A DNA stretch of 64,000 nucleotides, taken from contig LVAM01000010.1 in assembly GCA_001604005.1 (NCBI GenBank), positions 85,244 to 149,243 on the forward strand, read 5' to 3'. The position numbers were made by a program, and so were the translations under genes. Every line of letters starts with the position of its first letter. Positions within the stretch are counted from its first letter, which is position 1. Below are positions 1 to 9,219 of the stretch, in pieces. The notes under the pieces are model-generated. The model was not told where the DNA came from. It ran no database searches and saw only the letters and a program-made list of their open reading frames with translations. Source of the DNA: Clostridiales bacterium Firm_07 (GTDB taxonomy: Bacteria; Bacillota; Clostridia; Oscillospirales; CAG-272).

Positions 1-1623
1 CTGAAAGATCGAAGCCGCGTACGCGGGCATACCGAAATCCACCAGTTCCCGCACGCCGTTGCCCGACAGATATTTGCCGCAAAGGCACTCGCTCTCGTCT
101 TGCGCTCTGCCGTCCGACGCATAGAGGCTGTAAAAGACGAACGAACCGACCTTTTCATCGAGGACCACTTGACTTGGGAGCTTTGCCCCCGCACCCGCAA
201 GCGAAACGCGGAAACGGAGCCGCACGGCGGGATAGGTCGCCTCTTCTCCGAAAGAAAACGTCGAAACGCTTTCGATCACATTGCGAAAGATCCCGATCTC
301 CCCCCAGCCGGAAAGCACGGTCAGATGTTTATGATGCTCGCTGTCCTCCATGACGCCGAGCAGCGCGGAATCCACCATTTGGAGCGAAGAAACGTTACTT
401 TGTTCCAGACAGTAGAGAAGATCCCGCGAAACGTCGTAGCCGAAGAAAGAGCCGCTCTCCTCACCGTTGGAAAAGAAATACAGTCTGCCGTCCGACGCCG
501 CCGTGCTGTTGGCGGCGGGGAGCGCCACCATGCGGCGCACGACGGAACTTTCTTTGCCGTTTGAGACTGTGAGACCGGCGTCCGAGAAGTAACAGATCTT
601 ACTGCCTGCCACCGCAAGCGTGCCGCCCATACCTTTCGCCACACCGCGCAGCGGCGTGATCTCGGCAAAGGTACGCCCGGTGCCGATGCCTTCCACACGG
701 ATCGACGCGTTAGAGGTAAAGAAGATCGGTTCGCCGTTATATACACAGCCGCCCGTCACGTCTTCACCGACTTCCAGAACAAATCCGTCCTTGTCCGCGT
801 CGAAAAGCCGCGTGTCGCCCATACAATCGTACATACCGAGCGCAGATGCGTAAATCTTGGTGCCGGCAAAACAATAGAGCCTGCCGTGATGCACAAACAT
901 ACCGCGCACGTTCTCCGGGAAAAGACTGGTCAGCGTAATGGTGCCGTTCTCCGCCTCGGTGAAATAATCGGCGTCGCCGAGGACCGTGACCGTGTTGGTG
1001 GAAGAATCGACCGAGAGCACCTTGACCACCACGTTTCCGTGATACGGTTCGAGACCCGGCGTCGAATACGTAAGGCGCATATACTGCCCCGCGTGCAATC
1101 CCGTGATCTCGCTTACGGGGAAATAAAAGGTGTGACGGTTGGTTTCTCCCTCTTCGGCGTTTTCGACACCGCTCATGCGCTCTCCGTTGTCATAAGAAAC
1201 GCTCAACGGGTATACCGCGTTTTGTTCGAAATCCAGCACCGACGCATATCCGGGAAGATACAGTTTGTTGTCGACCAGTGCGATTTGCGCGAGAGGCGCC
1301 GCGGAATTTTCCGCGCCGAGTTCCAAGTGTTGCAGGATATCGTATTCCGAAAAGCCCCAATACGCGTTTGTGATATCGCCGCTTTTGGATATAACGCCCG
1401 CGATCTGCGCGCCGTCGCTGAACGCGGCGACCGGCGTGCCGGTCACGCCGCTGACGTATTTGCGCTTGCCGCGGCGCTTTGCCACGGGCAGCGCGGCGGG
1501 ATCAATCCCCAGCGCGTATGTTCTGTCGCACCCCTGACGATTGGTCTGCTTCACGTCCACGCCGTATCCGAGCAGAGTGGTGGTATCGTATTTTTGGGAA
1601 AGCTTCATCTCCGGCAATCTCAT
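1..1623 (-). CDS. Phage structural protein, partial (at least 541 aa; C-terminus beyond the window); tail or neck role guessed from position only
   Basis: The minus-strand frame on codons 1-3, 4-6 and so on has no stop from 1623 to position 1 (checked codon by codon). ATG at 1623 follows GGAGGTGATCGG. It is missing from the ORF track because its stop lies outside the window. It sits directly downstream of the head genes. No family recognised. Confidence 0.7.
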   Translation of the reverse strand, partial: MRLPEMKLSQKYDTTTLLGYGVDVKQTNRQGCDRTYALGIDPAALPVAKRRGKRKYVSGVTGTPVAAFSDGAQIAGVISKSGDITNAYWGFSEYDILQHLELGAENSAAPLAQIALVDNKLYLPGYASVLDFEQNAVYPLSVSYDNGERMSGVENAEEGETNRHTFYFPVSEITGLHAGQYMRLTYSTPGLEPYHGNVVVKVLSVDSSTNTVTVLGDADYFTEAENGTITLTSLFPENVRGMFVHHGRLYCFAGTKIYASALGMYDCMGDTRLFDADKDGFVLEVGEDVTGGCVYNGEPIFFTSNASIRVEGIGTGRTFAEITPLRGVAKGMGGTLAVAGSKICYFSDAGLTVSNGKESSVVRRMVALPAANSTAASDGRLYFFSNGEESGSFFGYDVSRDLLYCLEQSNVSSLQMVDSALLGVMEDSEHHKHLTVLSGWGEIGIFRNVIESVSTFSFGEEATYPAVRLRFRVSLAGAGAKLPSQVVLDEKVGSFVFYSLYASDGRAQDESECLCGKYLSGNGVRELVDFGMPAYAASIFQ

Positions 1624-1688
1624 CCGATCACCTCCCGCTCACAAATGCGGCGCGGCGCGCTTGTCTTGAAGTTTGCCTTGTTTTTCAT
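1620..1688 (-). CDS. Possible 22-aa micro-ORF (MKNKANFKTSAPRRICEREVIG) translationally coupled to the large structural gene
   Basis: ATG at 1688 follows AAAGGAGAACAACT. Its TGA overlaps the ATG of the next gene (ATGA at 1620-1623). Too short to judge from composition. Confidence 0.25.
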   Translation of the reverse strand: MKNKANFKTSAPRRICEREVIG

Positions 1689-1737
1689 AGTTGTTCTCCT
1701 TTCACTGTAAACGGGCAAAACTGCCCTTGCGGGGATC

Positions 1738-2094
1738 TTATGAATCCTGCCCGTCGCTCTCCCCCGCATTGACGGCTTTACTGAACGCAATGTCGGCTCG
1801 GATCTGCTCGACAAGTTTTTCCTCGTCGAAAGGATGGTCGAACTCGGCGGCAAGCGCGCGCAGCCGTGTCAGCACGTATTGCAGTTTTTCCGCGCCGCTG
1901 TAAGTGGAAAACCGCTCCGCTTCGATTTCATATTCCCGCGCCGCTTCAAGCAACGCGATCCACGCCTTTGCGCTCCCCTCCTCCGAGCAAAACGCTTCGA
2001 TCAGATTGTAGACAACGCACACGGCGTTGACGATGATGCCGAAAAAGACGCAAATCAGTTCCCAATTTGCCGTGATCCATTCAAAAAAAGCCAT
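1738..2094 (-). CDS. Phage membrane protein, possibly an LL-H-type holin
   Basis: ATG at 2094 follows AAAGGAGAAATT; the GTG at 2112 lies inside that RBS. N-terminal hydrophobic helix WELICVFFGIIVNAVCVVYNLI is followed by a soluble helical tail containing GAEKLQYV, which resembles LL-H holins from memory. The position inside the head-to-tail region is unusual for a holin. Confidence 0.35.
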   Translation of the reverse strand: MAFFEWITANWELICVFFGIIVNAVCVVYNLIEAFCSEEGSAKAWIALLEAAREYEIEAERFSTYSGAEKLQYVLTRLRALAAEFDHPFDEEKLVEQIRADIAFSKAVNAGESDGQDS

Positions 2095-2140
2095 AATTTC
2101 TCCTTTTCTCACACAAAGGGATCACCGACAAAAGAGAGGA

Positions 2141-2464
2141 TCAAAGGTAGCCGCCCGTGCGTTGATGCCAGCGCGCGAAGGCGCCGTATGCCTCGTTAAA
2201 AAGCGCGTGCGACGCGGCGTAAGAAGCATTGTCCCCCGAAACGAAGTCCATCATCGAAACAAGATAGATCCAATACAGCCTGTCAAACGGCGCGGGCACG
2301 CGCAAGGGCGCATCGTCCGCACGCGGCGCTACGGGCACGCTCTCGCGGCAGATCTCCACCGCCACCCTGCCTTCCAGTTCGTCGAGAAATCTCTTTTTGA
2401 GATCGTCTCCGATCAGGTGCGGGCGCATACTCGCCGTCAGCGTCAAAACTTCATTTTTGGTCAT
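2141..2464 (-). CDS. Phage hypothetical protein (head-completion/connector position)
   Basis: 107 aa from the ATG at 2464, preceded by GAGGTG. Follows the upstream gene by a few nt in the late operon. No family recognised. Confidence 0.6.
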   Translation of the reverse strand: MTKNEVLTLTASMRPHLIGDDLKKRFLDELEGRVAVEICRESVPVAPRADDAPLRVPAPFDRLYWIYLVSMMDFVSGDNASYAASHALFNEAYGAFARWHQRTGGYL

Positions 2465-2472
2465 CGCACACC

Positions 2473-2868
2473 TCAAACCATATGCCGTTCCGACTCATTT
2501 GCGAAGCGCGTGGCTTCTTTTTCCATCAGTTCCGCGGTGCGCAAATCCTGAATTTCGGATTGATCGAGCAACAGCGCGAATTTGCGCCGGATGCGCGTCC
2601 AGACGCCGCGGCGAATGACGCAGTTTTTGCCGTTAATCGCCACGTAAACGTCGTCTTTGTACTTTTCGTTGTCGCGGAAAAGGCGGATCTCCACGTATTC
2701 GTTGAGCCACGCCTTTTGCTTTTCCAAAAACGCCTCGTCGGCGTTTTTGGGGGAAATCGGCTGCGGGATCTTCTCTTCCAGCGCGCGGATCTTCTCCTCA
2801 TAAGCAAGGCGCATCGCTTCCATTTCGCGGCGCAACGCCGCCGTGCCGCTTTTCTTTTCTTCTTCCAT
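2473..2868 (-). CDS. Phage hypothetical protein with a coiled-coil N-terminus
   Basis: 131 aa. ATG at 2868 follows GAGGAGATTACCG. Lies immediately downstream of the major capsid gene. Confidence 0.65.
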   Translation of the reverse strand: MEEEKKSGTAALRREMEAMRLAYEEKIRALEEKIPQPISPKNADEAFLEKQKAWLNEYVEIRLFRDNEKYKDDVYVAINGKNCVIRRGVWTRIRRKFALLLDQSEIQDLRTAELMEKEATRFANESERHMV

Positions 2869-2928
2869 CGGTAATCTCCTCTCTTATCCTGCCGCCGCGT
2901 TTGCGGCGGCTTTACTTACAGTTGTGCG

Positions 2929-4323
2929 TCAGTTCGCGCCGACCTCGAAAGTCGAAGCCGTTTCGATACGCACCATAAACGCCTCAACGAGGCGCGCCGC
3001 AACTTTGGTGGCTTTCCAACCCACGGTCGCACGCTGATTGAGCGGGTCGGCCGTACCGGCGGAACCGAGCTGCTTGACGATGTGCACAAGCCCGCCGCCC
3101 GTCAGTTCGGTGGTACCGTACGCGTTGTCGCCCATCACCAGCGTGGCGTACACGTCGCGGCCGGCAAGTCCGGCTTCGCCGGGATAGAGCATATCGCTTG
3201 CGGTGGTGACCAGCGCGGTAGAGCCCGCTCCGCCCGCGAGCAGTTCGCGGTCGAAGAAGAGGAAGTTGTCGCCCGAAGCGTTGTAGATCGCGCCCGTCAC
3301 GACGGCATACTGCCAAGAACTCTCAGACGCGTCGAAAACGAGCACGGCGCGACCGATCATACTCTTCTCCGCTTTGATACCGCTCTCCGCGGTGCCGATC
3401 TTCAATTTGTACTTGGAGCCGGTGCCGTATCCTTCGCTCGCCTCGCCCGCCGTCTCCAACGTGCTGTAAGCGCCGGCAAGGCAGGAAACGGTGCGGGAGT
3501 TTTCGGTCAGATCCGGCGCGTGGAAAACTTTCGCCTCGGTCGATTCGACGAAGCGCACGCCTTCGATCATACCGATCTCACCTTCGTAAAGCTGCTTGGT
3601 GTCGCTGTACTGATGCGGGTATTTCCAGTTGGGATCGTTGGTCAGATCGTACGCGCAGTCGGGGTGGATGATGCAGGCATACGCGCCGTTGATCTTCTCC
3701 GCGTTCTGATTTTTCAGGAAACGCACGGCGCGTTTGATACAGTCCACCGACATATAGTGGTTGCCGCTCTCCTTGCCGCCCGTAAGCAGATAGCGCGCGT
3801 CCACGGCGTCTGCGCCGTATTGCACGTTGGTGCCCCCGCAAAGCACTTCGCGGGTGATGGTATCCAGCGTTCTGCCCGCTTGCGAGCCGAGCAGTTTGGT
3901 CGCCATCACAAGATTGTTGTCGATGGCGCTGAGCAGCAACAGGTCGGAAAACTCAACGTATCCGCCGTATTGATGCACGGTCGCTTCCACCACGCTCATA
4001 TTGAGCGTCTGCCCCGTGGGCGTGACGCCCTCGGAGAGCGCGGAGGTCAGTTTGGGCAGGGGATCGTATTTGCGGAACTGAATGGTTTTGCCGCCGTTTT
4101 TCGGAATGGCGTGCTTTTGCGCGAACTGATCGTGAATGAGGTTCGGCTCGGCGTTGTCGATGAGGTAATCGGCATAATAGGTCTTCATCTCCTCGGAAAG
4201 ACCGCTGCCCTCACCGTAAGGCGTGTTCGTGCCGCTTGCGGCGTTCGTGACGCCCGCGGTGGTCAGGACCGCCTCGTCCGCGCCGAAACGGCGCAGATCA
4301 AAAACAGGGGTTTCTTTTTTCAT
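2929..4323 (-). CDS. Phage major capsid protein (HK97 fold; resembles the N4-gp56 family as I recall it)
   Basis: 464 aa. Conserved stretch LIHDQFAQKHAIPKNGGKTIQFRKYDPLPK...LSEGVTPTG...ATVHQYGGYVEFSDLL...LLGSQAGRTLDTITREVL is typical of this capsid family. Follows the scaffold gene. The N-terminal leader contains FDLRRFG. Confidence 0.85.
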   Translation of the reverse strand: MKKETPVFDLRRFGADEAVLTTAGVTNAASGTNTPYGEGSGLSEEMKTYYADYLIDNAEPNLIHDQFAQKHAIPKNGGKTIQFRKYDPLPKLTSALSEGVTPTGQTLNMSVVEATVHQYGGYVEFSDLLLLSAIDNNLVMATKLLGSQAGRTLDTITREVLCGGTNVQYGADAVDARYLLTGGKESGNHYMSVDCIKRAVRFLKNQNAEKINGAYACIIHPDCAYDLTNDPNWKYPHQYSDTKQLYEGEIGMIEGVRFVESTEAKVFHAPDLTENSRTVSCLAGAYSTLETAGEASEGYGTGSKYKLKIGTAESGIKAEKSMIGRAVLVFDASESSWQYAVVTGAIYNASGDNFLFFDRELLAGGAGSTALVTTASDMLYPGEAGLAGRDVYATLVMGDNAYGTTELTGGGLVHIVKQLGSAGTADPLNQRATVGWKATKVAARLVEAFMVRIETASTFEVGAN

Positions 4324-4353
4324 ACAAAATCCTTTCTTTTTTCGGCAAAAAGA

Positions 4354-5007
4354 TCAAAAGGTGATGGTCTCTCCCTTGGCGGCGCGGCGCGCCACTTCGG
4401 CGCGTTGCTCGCGGGAAAGACGGGCGGCGTCAGGCCGCAGCGCCCGCTCCCCTTCGCATTGCAGTGCGGATTCCGTCGGGCGAAGCCCTCTGGCACGTAT
4501 GGAGGCGAGCAAAACTTGCTCGGTCTCTCTTCTCGTTGCCGCGACCGCCTCGGCGACGGCGGCGCGGATCCGCTCTTCCAGCGCGCGCTCTTCTTCGTCG
4601 GTAGGGGGCGTTGCCGCGCGGCGATCTGCCGACGCGTTTTTCTCATTTTCCGCCCGTATCGCCGCAAGGATCTCCCCTTCTCCGACTCCGTAGTGCGCGG
4701 CGACTTCCGAAAGGACGCCGCGCGCCGTTTTGAGCTCCTCCACCATTTCTTTTTGCTCTCGGAAACGACGGTTGAAGGTCTCCTGAAAATACGCCGTGAA
4801 AAGGTCTTTGTATTCCCCTTCCATCAGCGCACGGAACTCCTTCTCCCGCGTTTGTGCGGTGGACGTCTCCCCGGCGACGGGAGCGCTTACTTCCTCTTTG
4901 CCGCCCGCATTGTCTATTGCCCGCGGGGTGATCTCGGGCATCGCTTGTGCCTCACCCTCTCCTTCTTCACCGAAAAGGCGAAGAAAGTTCAAAACAAGTT
5001 TTTCCAT
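4354..5007 (-). CDS. Phage head scaffolding protein (DUF4355-like)
   Basis: 217 aa from the ATG at 5007 (MEKLVLNF...); upstream in-frame starts lack an RBS. EFRALMEGEYKDLFTAYFQETFNRRFRE matches the DUF4355 scaffold core from memory. Acidic and helical. Lies between the protease and the capsid gene. Confidence 0.75.
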   Translation of the reverse strand: MEKLVLNFLRLFGEEGEGEAQAMPEITPRAIDNAGGKEEVSAPVAGETSTAQTREKEFRALMEGEYKDLFTAYFQETFNRRFREQKEMVEELKTARGVLSEVAAHYGVGEGEILAAIRAENEKNASADRRAATPPTDEEERALEERIRAAVAEAVAATRRETEQVLLASIRARGLRPTESALQCEGERALRPDAARLSREQRAEVARRAAKGETITF

Positions 5008-5121
5008 ATTCCCTCTCATTTCTCGGTGTGATGAACGGCGCACGACCACCCAAAATCCGATTGCCGATGTGTTTGCGCCGTTCATCGTGTGTGATTATAC
5101 CACAGACCTTTTCGTTTGTCG

Positions 5122-5427
5122 TCAACTGCAAACGTCGCTTTCAATGCGCACGCTATCGGGGTATTGTTCGGCGATGAGCGAGAGTCCCCGCATCACCATC
5201 TGCCACCCCGCGCCGAGCCCGCCGCGGCAGGAGAGGAAGACCTCTCCCCTCTCCGTTTGCCACCGCACGTGACGGCAATCGGGCGAAGACGCCGCAAAAT
5301 CCACCAGCGATCCGGTCAGCGCCGAAACGCCCGCACACACCGCGTCGCGCGCGGCGCCGGGCTCCGCGTGCCCCGAAACGACAAGGCGGTATTGACTGCC
5401 CCGTTTACGGGCGTAAACGCGGATCAA
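5122..5427 (-). CDS. Prp-type (DUF464) cysteine protease, phage-encoded
   Basis: 101 aa. TTG start overlaps the portal stop (TTGA). Motif SGHAEPGAARDAVCAGVSALTGS matches the His/Cys dyad block GHA...D(I/A)VCA(G/A)xS of ribosomal-processing protease Prp. Sits between portal and scaffold, where a prohead protease is expected. Confidence 0.75.
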   Translation of the reverse strand: MIRVYARKRGSQYRLVVSGHAEPGAARDAVCAGVSALTGSLVDFAASSPDCRHVRWQTERGEVFLSCRGGLGAGWQMVMRGLSLIAEQYPDSVRIESDVCS

Positions 5428-7094
5428 AGCCGCTCCTCCGCGCTCTTGCGAAGCGTCTCCACGCGCGCTTCCATCATTTTTTGCAAGTCCGCGCCGCTTG
5501 CTTTTTTTCGCGCGGTGCTCTTACCCGAAGTCGCCGCACGCGGAAGATTTGCTTTTACTTGCTCGCGCACGCGCTCAATGCCGGCAAACTCCATCGCCGA
5601 GAGCAAAATGCTTGCCGCTTCTGCGTTTTCGGGCTCGAAAACGCCCAGCGCGTACAAGTCGCGCAAAATCTCGTTCTGCGAAACGCGCGTATAAGGATCT
5701 TTGCGCTCCGCGTGTACGTCAATGTCGAAAATCGGCACGCGATCGCCCGACAGCATATTCCGATTGGAAAAAGCAATAAACTCCTCTCTTTCTCCCTCGC
5801 CGAGGATCCTGAAATAGCGTTCTTCCGAATAGAATTGCCGCACACAACCGATCATCAGGTGCGCGACGCGCACGAAGGCGCGGTAGGAGGCCGCCACGAT
5901 GTCGCGCATCATTTTGCTGCCCGCCGCCTGCAAGGCGACGATGGCGGAAGCCGCCACAACGCCGTTGCTCGATTGCCCCTGCATTATGTCCCGGTTGAAC
6001 GTGGTCACTTTCAGTTCGTCGATCTTGTCGTTTTTCAGTTCCCGCCAGATCGCCGGCAACTCGTCCACGCGGATCTGGCGGAGCCGCTCTTCGTCCACGT
6101 CGCCCTCCACTTCCACGATGCGCCGCGACAGATCGGAAAAATCCTGTTCGTTCACGCCGGTGTTCTTTTTGCAGAAAAAGCGCACCCGCGTTGCCCAGTC
6201 CATATATTCCAGCAAATTTCTGTCCATACGGTCGATGTAGGTCTGCGGGTCACGCGCCATGGCGATCACACCGAATCCCGTGCACTCGCCTTCGATGGGA
6301 TAGAGGACGTCCAGCACAAACGGATATTTTCCGTGTTCGTACCAACCGTTTTCATACCCCTCTTCGTTCTCCGAGGCAAAGAGCACGTTGTCGCCGCTGA
6401 ATTTGCAGTAATGCAGTACCGTGCGCCCGTCGGGAAGGCGCTTTTTGTAGTACCAATCCACCACCATCACCTGATCGGTGCTCGTTCCCTCGCCCGCCAC
6501 GAAAAAGTCCACGGGCGAGCCTTTGCCGTCAAAATGCGGAAAGCGGGCGGCAAGAGAAGCGGCGTCGGTCTGCTCGATCATAAAGACCGAGCGCGAGTCT
6601 TCAAGATCCCGTACGCCGTTTTGCCAATAGAGATTCATCATCTCCACGCGCCGCACGTCGATATCGCCGATCCCGTTGTCGGTCGCGTTGTTCCAAAAAA
6701 CGCCGTAGGCGCACACGCCGTGTTTGAGTTTGTACCACATATTGTCCGAATAGGTACTCTCGAAACCGTTGCGCTCCAAAATGACCGGCAGAATTTTGGA
6801 GAGCGCGGCGGCGTCCGCCGTGTCGCTCGGTTCTCTTGCGAGACAGGTGGCGGTCGGCATATATTCCATCATATCCGCGTGCTTTTGCATTACACTGTTG
6901 AGCAGCCACGCCGAACGCGGCGCGAAACGTTCGCCCGCTTCGCCTTTATGGGCTATGGGCTGTACGCGCAAACGGTAAAAAGCCTCTTCTTCCGCCACGC
7001 GGTTGTTAAAGGCGGCGCGTGCCTTGGCAAAGGTGTAGAGTTCTTCCATCGCCGCGCGGATCTGCGGCACATCGATCACTGTTCTTTTCATCAT
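5424..7094 (-). CDS. Phage portal protein
   Basis: 556 aa, immediately downstream of and overlapping TerL, and upstream of the protease and scaffold genes. Size and position are typical. The family was not assigned by eye. Confidence 0.75.
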   Translation of the reverse strand: MMKRTVIDVPQIRAAMEELYTFAKARAAFNNRVAEEEAFYRLRVQPIAHKGEAGERFAPRSAWLLNSVMQKHADMMEYMPTATCLAREPSDTADAAALSKILPVILERNGFESTYSDNMWYKLKHGVCAYGVFWNNATDNGIGDIDVRRVEMMNLYWQNGVRDLEDSRSVFMIEQTDAASLAARFPHFDGKGSPVDFFVAGEGTSTDQVMVVDWYYKKRLPDGRTVLHYCKFSGDNVLFASENEEGYENGWYEHGKYPFVLDVLYPIEGECTGFGVIAMARDPQTYIDRMDRNLLEYMDWATRVRFFCKKNTGVNEQDFSDLSRRIVEVEGDVDEERLRQIRVDELPAIWRELKNDKIDELKVTTFNRDIMQGQSSNGVVAASAIVALQAAGSKMMRDIVAASYRAFVRVAHLMIGCVRQFYSEERYFRILGEGEREEFIAFSNRNMLSGDRVPIFDIDVHAERKDPYTRVSQNEILRDLYALGVFEPENAEAASILLSAMEFAGIERVREQVKANLPRAATSGKSTARKKASGADLQKMMEARVETLRKSAEERL

Positions 7095-8551
7095 TCTTTC
7101 CTTTCTTTTTCTGTGTCGCGGCTCTCATACCGCGACGGATACACCGGGATCGGACGATCCAGGGGGTCAAGCATCGTCACACGCGGCGCGCGCGGCGCCG
7201 CTTCCGCGCTCATCGGCACCAACATCGCCATATAGCGCGTTTCGTCGGCGATGTGATCTTCCCCGTCGGAATCGACGTCTTCCGGATAGATCTTGCTGTA
7301 TTGCAGGGTGGGCAGCGTGCGCAAAAACGCCGTACAGGTGCGGAAAACATAAAGCATCGGCACGCCGCGCGCGTCAAAAGCAAGGCGATTGTGCAACTGC
7401 ATCCAGCCCGCGATGCGGCGATTGTCGCCGCGCTCGAAATAAATGCCGAAACGCTCTCCCGTGGCGGCGACGGACTCTCCGCGCGACGCGTCGAAAATAG
7501 CGGGGTCGGCAACGCCCGTTATGCGCGTGCCGCGCAGAAACGGGTGTTCTTCTTCGATGCGCCGGATCTCCTTGAAGATCTCCTCCGGCGTGTAGCGCAC
7601 GCCCACGTTCGCCTCGCGCGGAGCACAGCCGTACAGCTCGAGAATGCGGTACAGCCTCCCGTCGCGGTCTTTTGCCCACCAGCCCACCGAAAAGGGGCGC
7701 GCATAGCCGAAATCGAACGAGCGATATCGTTGCCAATGCGCGGGAGGAGAAAATGGCTCGATCACGTGCGTGAAAAGTCGATCCTGATAGTGCGCGGGAT
7801 CGTCCCGAAACTCCTCAAACACCTGCCCTTCGTACACGTTCCAATCGCCGTCGAGATGCGCCCGACGCTTGTGCAGGGGCAGGGCTTCCAGGCGCTTGAC
7901 GTAATCGGGATCGCTTTGCATCAACACCGTGTTGTCATATACGCGCGCCGGAATAAACGCATACTGGGCGGGATCTTCGCCCTCGCGAAAGCGCCGATCC
8001 ACAAACAGCCGCTTGATATAGGCGTGCCCGACGCCGCCCGGATTGCAGGTATAATAAATGCGCGGAGAAAAATCTTTTTTCGTGGTACGCAGTGAGGTGG
8101 AAATGAAGACCAGCCACTCCTCTTTGAAATGCGTCGCTTCCTCAAAACCGATCACGTCGTATTCCGCTCCCTGATATTGCAATACGTCCGCGTCGGAATC
8201 GCAATATCCGAGTGAGAGGCGCGACCCGTTCGGAAACAAAAAGCTGCGCTCCTCCTTTTTGTATTCCGCAAACCCCAAAAGTTCGCTCTGCAAGGGGAGC
8301 AGATGGTTTTCCCGCAATTCCTGCAAACTGCGCCGGAGAAGCAAAAGCCGCAATGACGGATAGCGCATGGCAAGCAGGACCATTTTACGGCGCATCGCCC
8401 AAGATTTTCCGCCGCCCCGCGCGCCACCGTAAGCGGTGTAGCGCGCGCGGGAAAGGAAAAACTCGCGCTGTCGGGGATTGGGCACTTCTCGCCGCAGTTT
8501 CTCGAAGATCGGCGCGTTTTCCGCTTTCGACGGTTTCTTTATTTGCTCCAT
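7091..8551 (-). CDS. Phage terminase large subunit
   Basis: 486 aa. Walker A YGGARGGGKSW near the N-terminus and a C-terminal nuclease-like region with acidic motifs (DGDW, DSDGEDH). ATG at 8551 follows GGGGGAG. Confidence 0.9.
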   Translation of the reverse strand: MEQIKKPSKAENAPIFEKLRREVPNPRQREFFLSRARYTAYGGARGGGKSWAMRRKMVLLAMRYPSLRLLLLRRSLQELRENHLLPLQSELLGFAEYKKEERSFLFPNGSRLSLGYCDSDADVLQYQGAEYDVIGFEEATHFKEEWLVFISTSLRTTKKDFSPRIYYTCNPGGVGHAYIKRLFVDRRFREGEDPAQYAFIPARVYDNTVLMQSDPDYVKRLEALPLHKRRAHLDGDWNVYEGQVFEEFRDDPAHYQDRLFTHVIEPFSPPAHWQRYRSFDFGYARPFSVGWWAKDRDGRLYRILELYGCAPREANVGVRYTPEEIFKEIRRIEEEHPFLRGTRITGVADPAIFDASRGESVAATGERFGIYFERGDNRRIAGWMQLHNRLAFDARGVPMLYVFRTCTAFLRTLPTLQYSKIYPEDVDSDGEDHIADETRYMAMLVPMSAEAAPRAPRVTMLDPLDRPIPVYPSRYESRDTEKERKE

Positions 8552-8802
8552 TCTTCGATCTCCCCCTCAAAGCGGACCGTGATCTCGCCGGGGCTCGGAT
8601 CGCTTGCCGCCGCGTTGCCCGCCTTGCCGCAGGCGCGGTCGAGAATGCTCTCCGCCGCTTTGATCCGCAGTTCGGTCTTTTGCTCCTCGTCCCGCATCAG
8701 ATCAATGAGAAACGCCACCGCTTCCGGTGATTTTTCCGCCAGAAGTGCCCGCACGGCGGCAACGTTTCCCCCGCTTCTTTTTTTCGCTTTCGGGGCGGGC
8801 AC
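8539..8802 (-). CDS. Small phage protein in the terminase small-subunit position
   Basis: 87 aa. GTG start follows GGAGG. Overlaps TerL by 13 nt. Basic N-terminus (PKAKKRSG) plus a helical segment. Function inferred from position only. Confidence 0.4.
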   Translation of the reverse strand: MPAPKAKKRSGGNVAAVRALLAEKSPEAVAFLIDLMRDEEQKTELRIKAAESILDRACGKAGNAAASDPSPGEITVRFEGEIEEWSK

Positions 8803-8805
8803 CGC

Positions 8806-9219
8806 TCACGCCTCCGTCTTCTCTTGCGGCTCGAAAGTTACCGTATAGGCGTCACCCGCGTCGGTCGTGCGACACCCCCACGCCGAGAGCAATGCCCGCA
8901 CGGCTTCCTTCTCGATCTTCACCGTGCGCGCCCCCGAAAAAGGCGCTTCCCCGCAAGGCACGCCGTTCCCGCTCGTGCCGCCGAGATCAGGCGGCGCTTT
9001 TTTCATCTGCGGATCTTCCCCCGCCCCGCCGCACGGCGTCGATTTGCCGAAAAGCGCGAAAAACAGCAATGCGTGCAGCAGCGCGCGCTCTTCCGCGTAT
9101 CCGGCGCGCTCTTCTTCCATCTTTTGAATGTAACGGTCGCGCCACGCGATCATATACGCCGCGCGATCGCCGTCGCGCAGGCGCTTTCGCTCTCCCGCGA
9201 TTTTTTGTATGTCGCTCAT
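8806..9219 (-). CDS. Phage hypothetical protein
   Basis: 137 aa. ATG at 9219 follows AAAGGAG and overlaps the upstream stop (ATGA). No family recognised. Confidence 0.6.
   Translation of the reverse strand: MSDIQKIAGERKRLRDGDRAAYMIAWRDRYIQKMEEERAGYAEERALLHALLFFALFGKSTPCGGAGEDPQMKKAPPDLGGTSGNGVPCGEAPFSGARTVKIEKEAVRALLSAWGCRTTDAGDAYTVTFEPQEKTEA

Noticed and set aside
3082-5031. 649-aa plus-strand ORF (and similar ones at 5481-7235, 7019-8095, 12797-15109, 15119-17077, 20399-21889, 24617-27472, 42619-44898, 44938-47160, 51335-52867, 53218-54849 and 57052-58620)
   Set aside because: All lie antisense to genes with clear family signatures. They have Arg/Gly/His/Val-rich low-information translations, no RBS and no promoter. 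They are typical GC-driven shadow ORFs.
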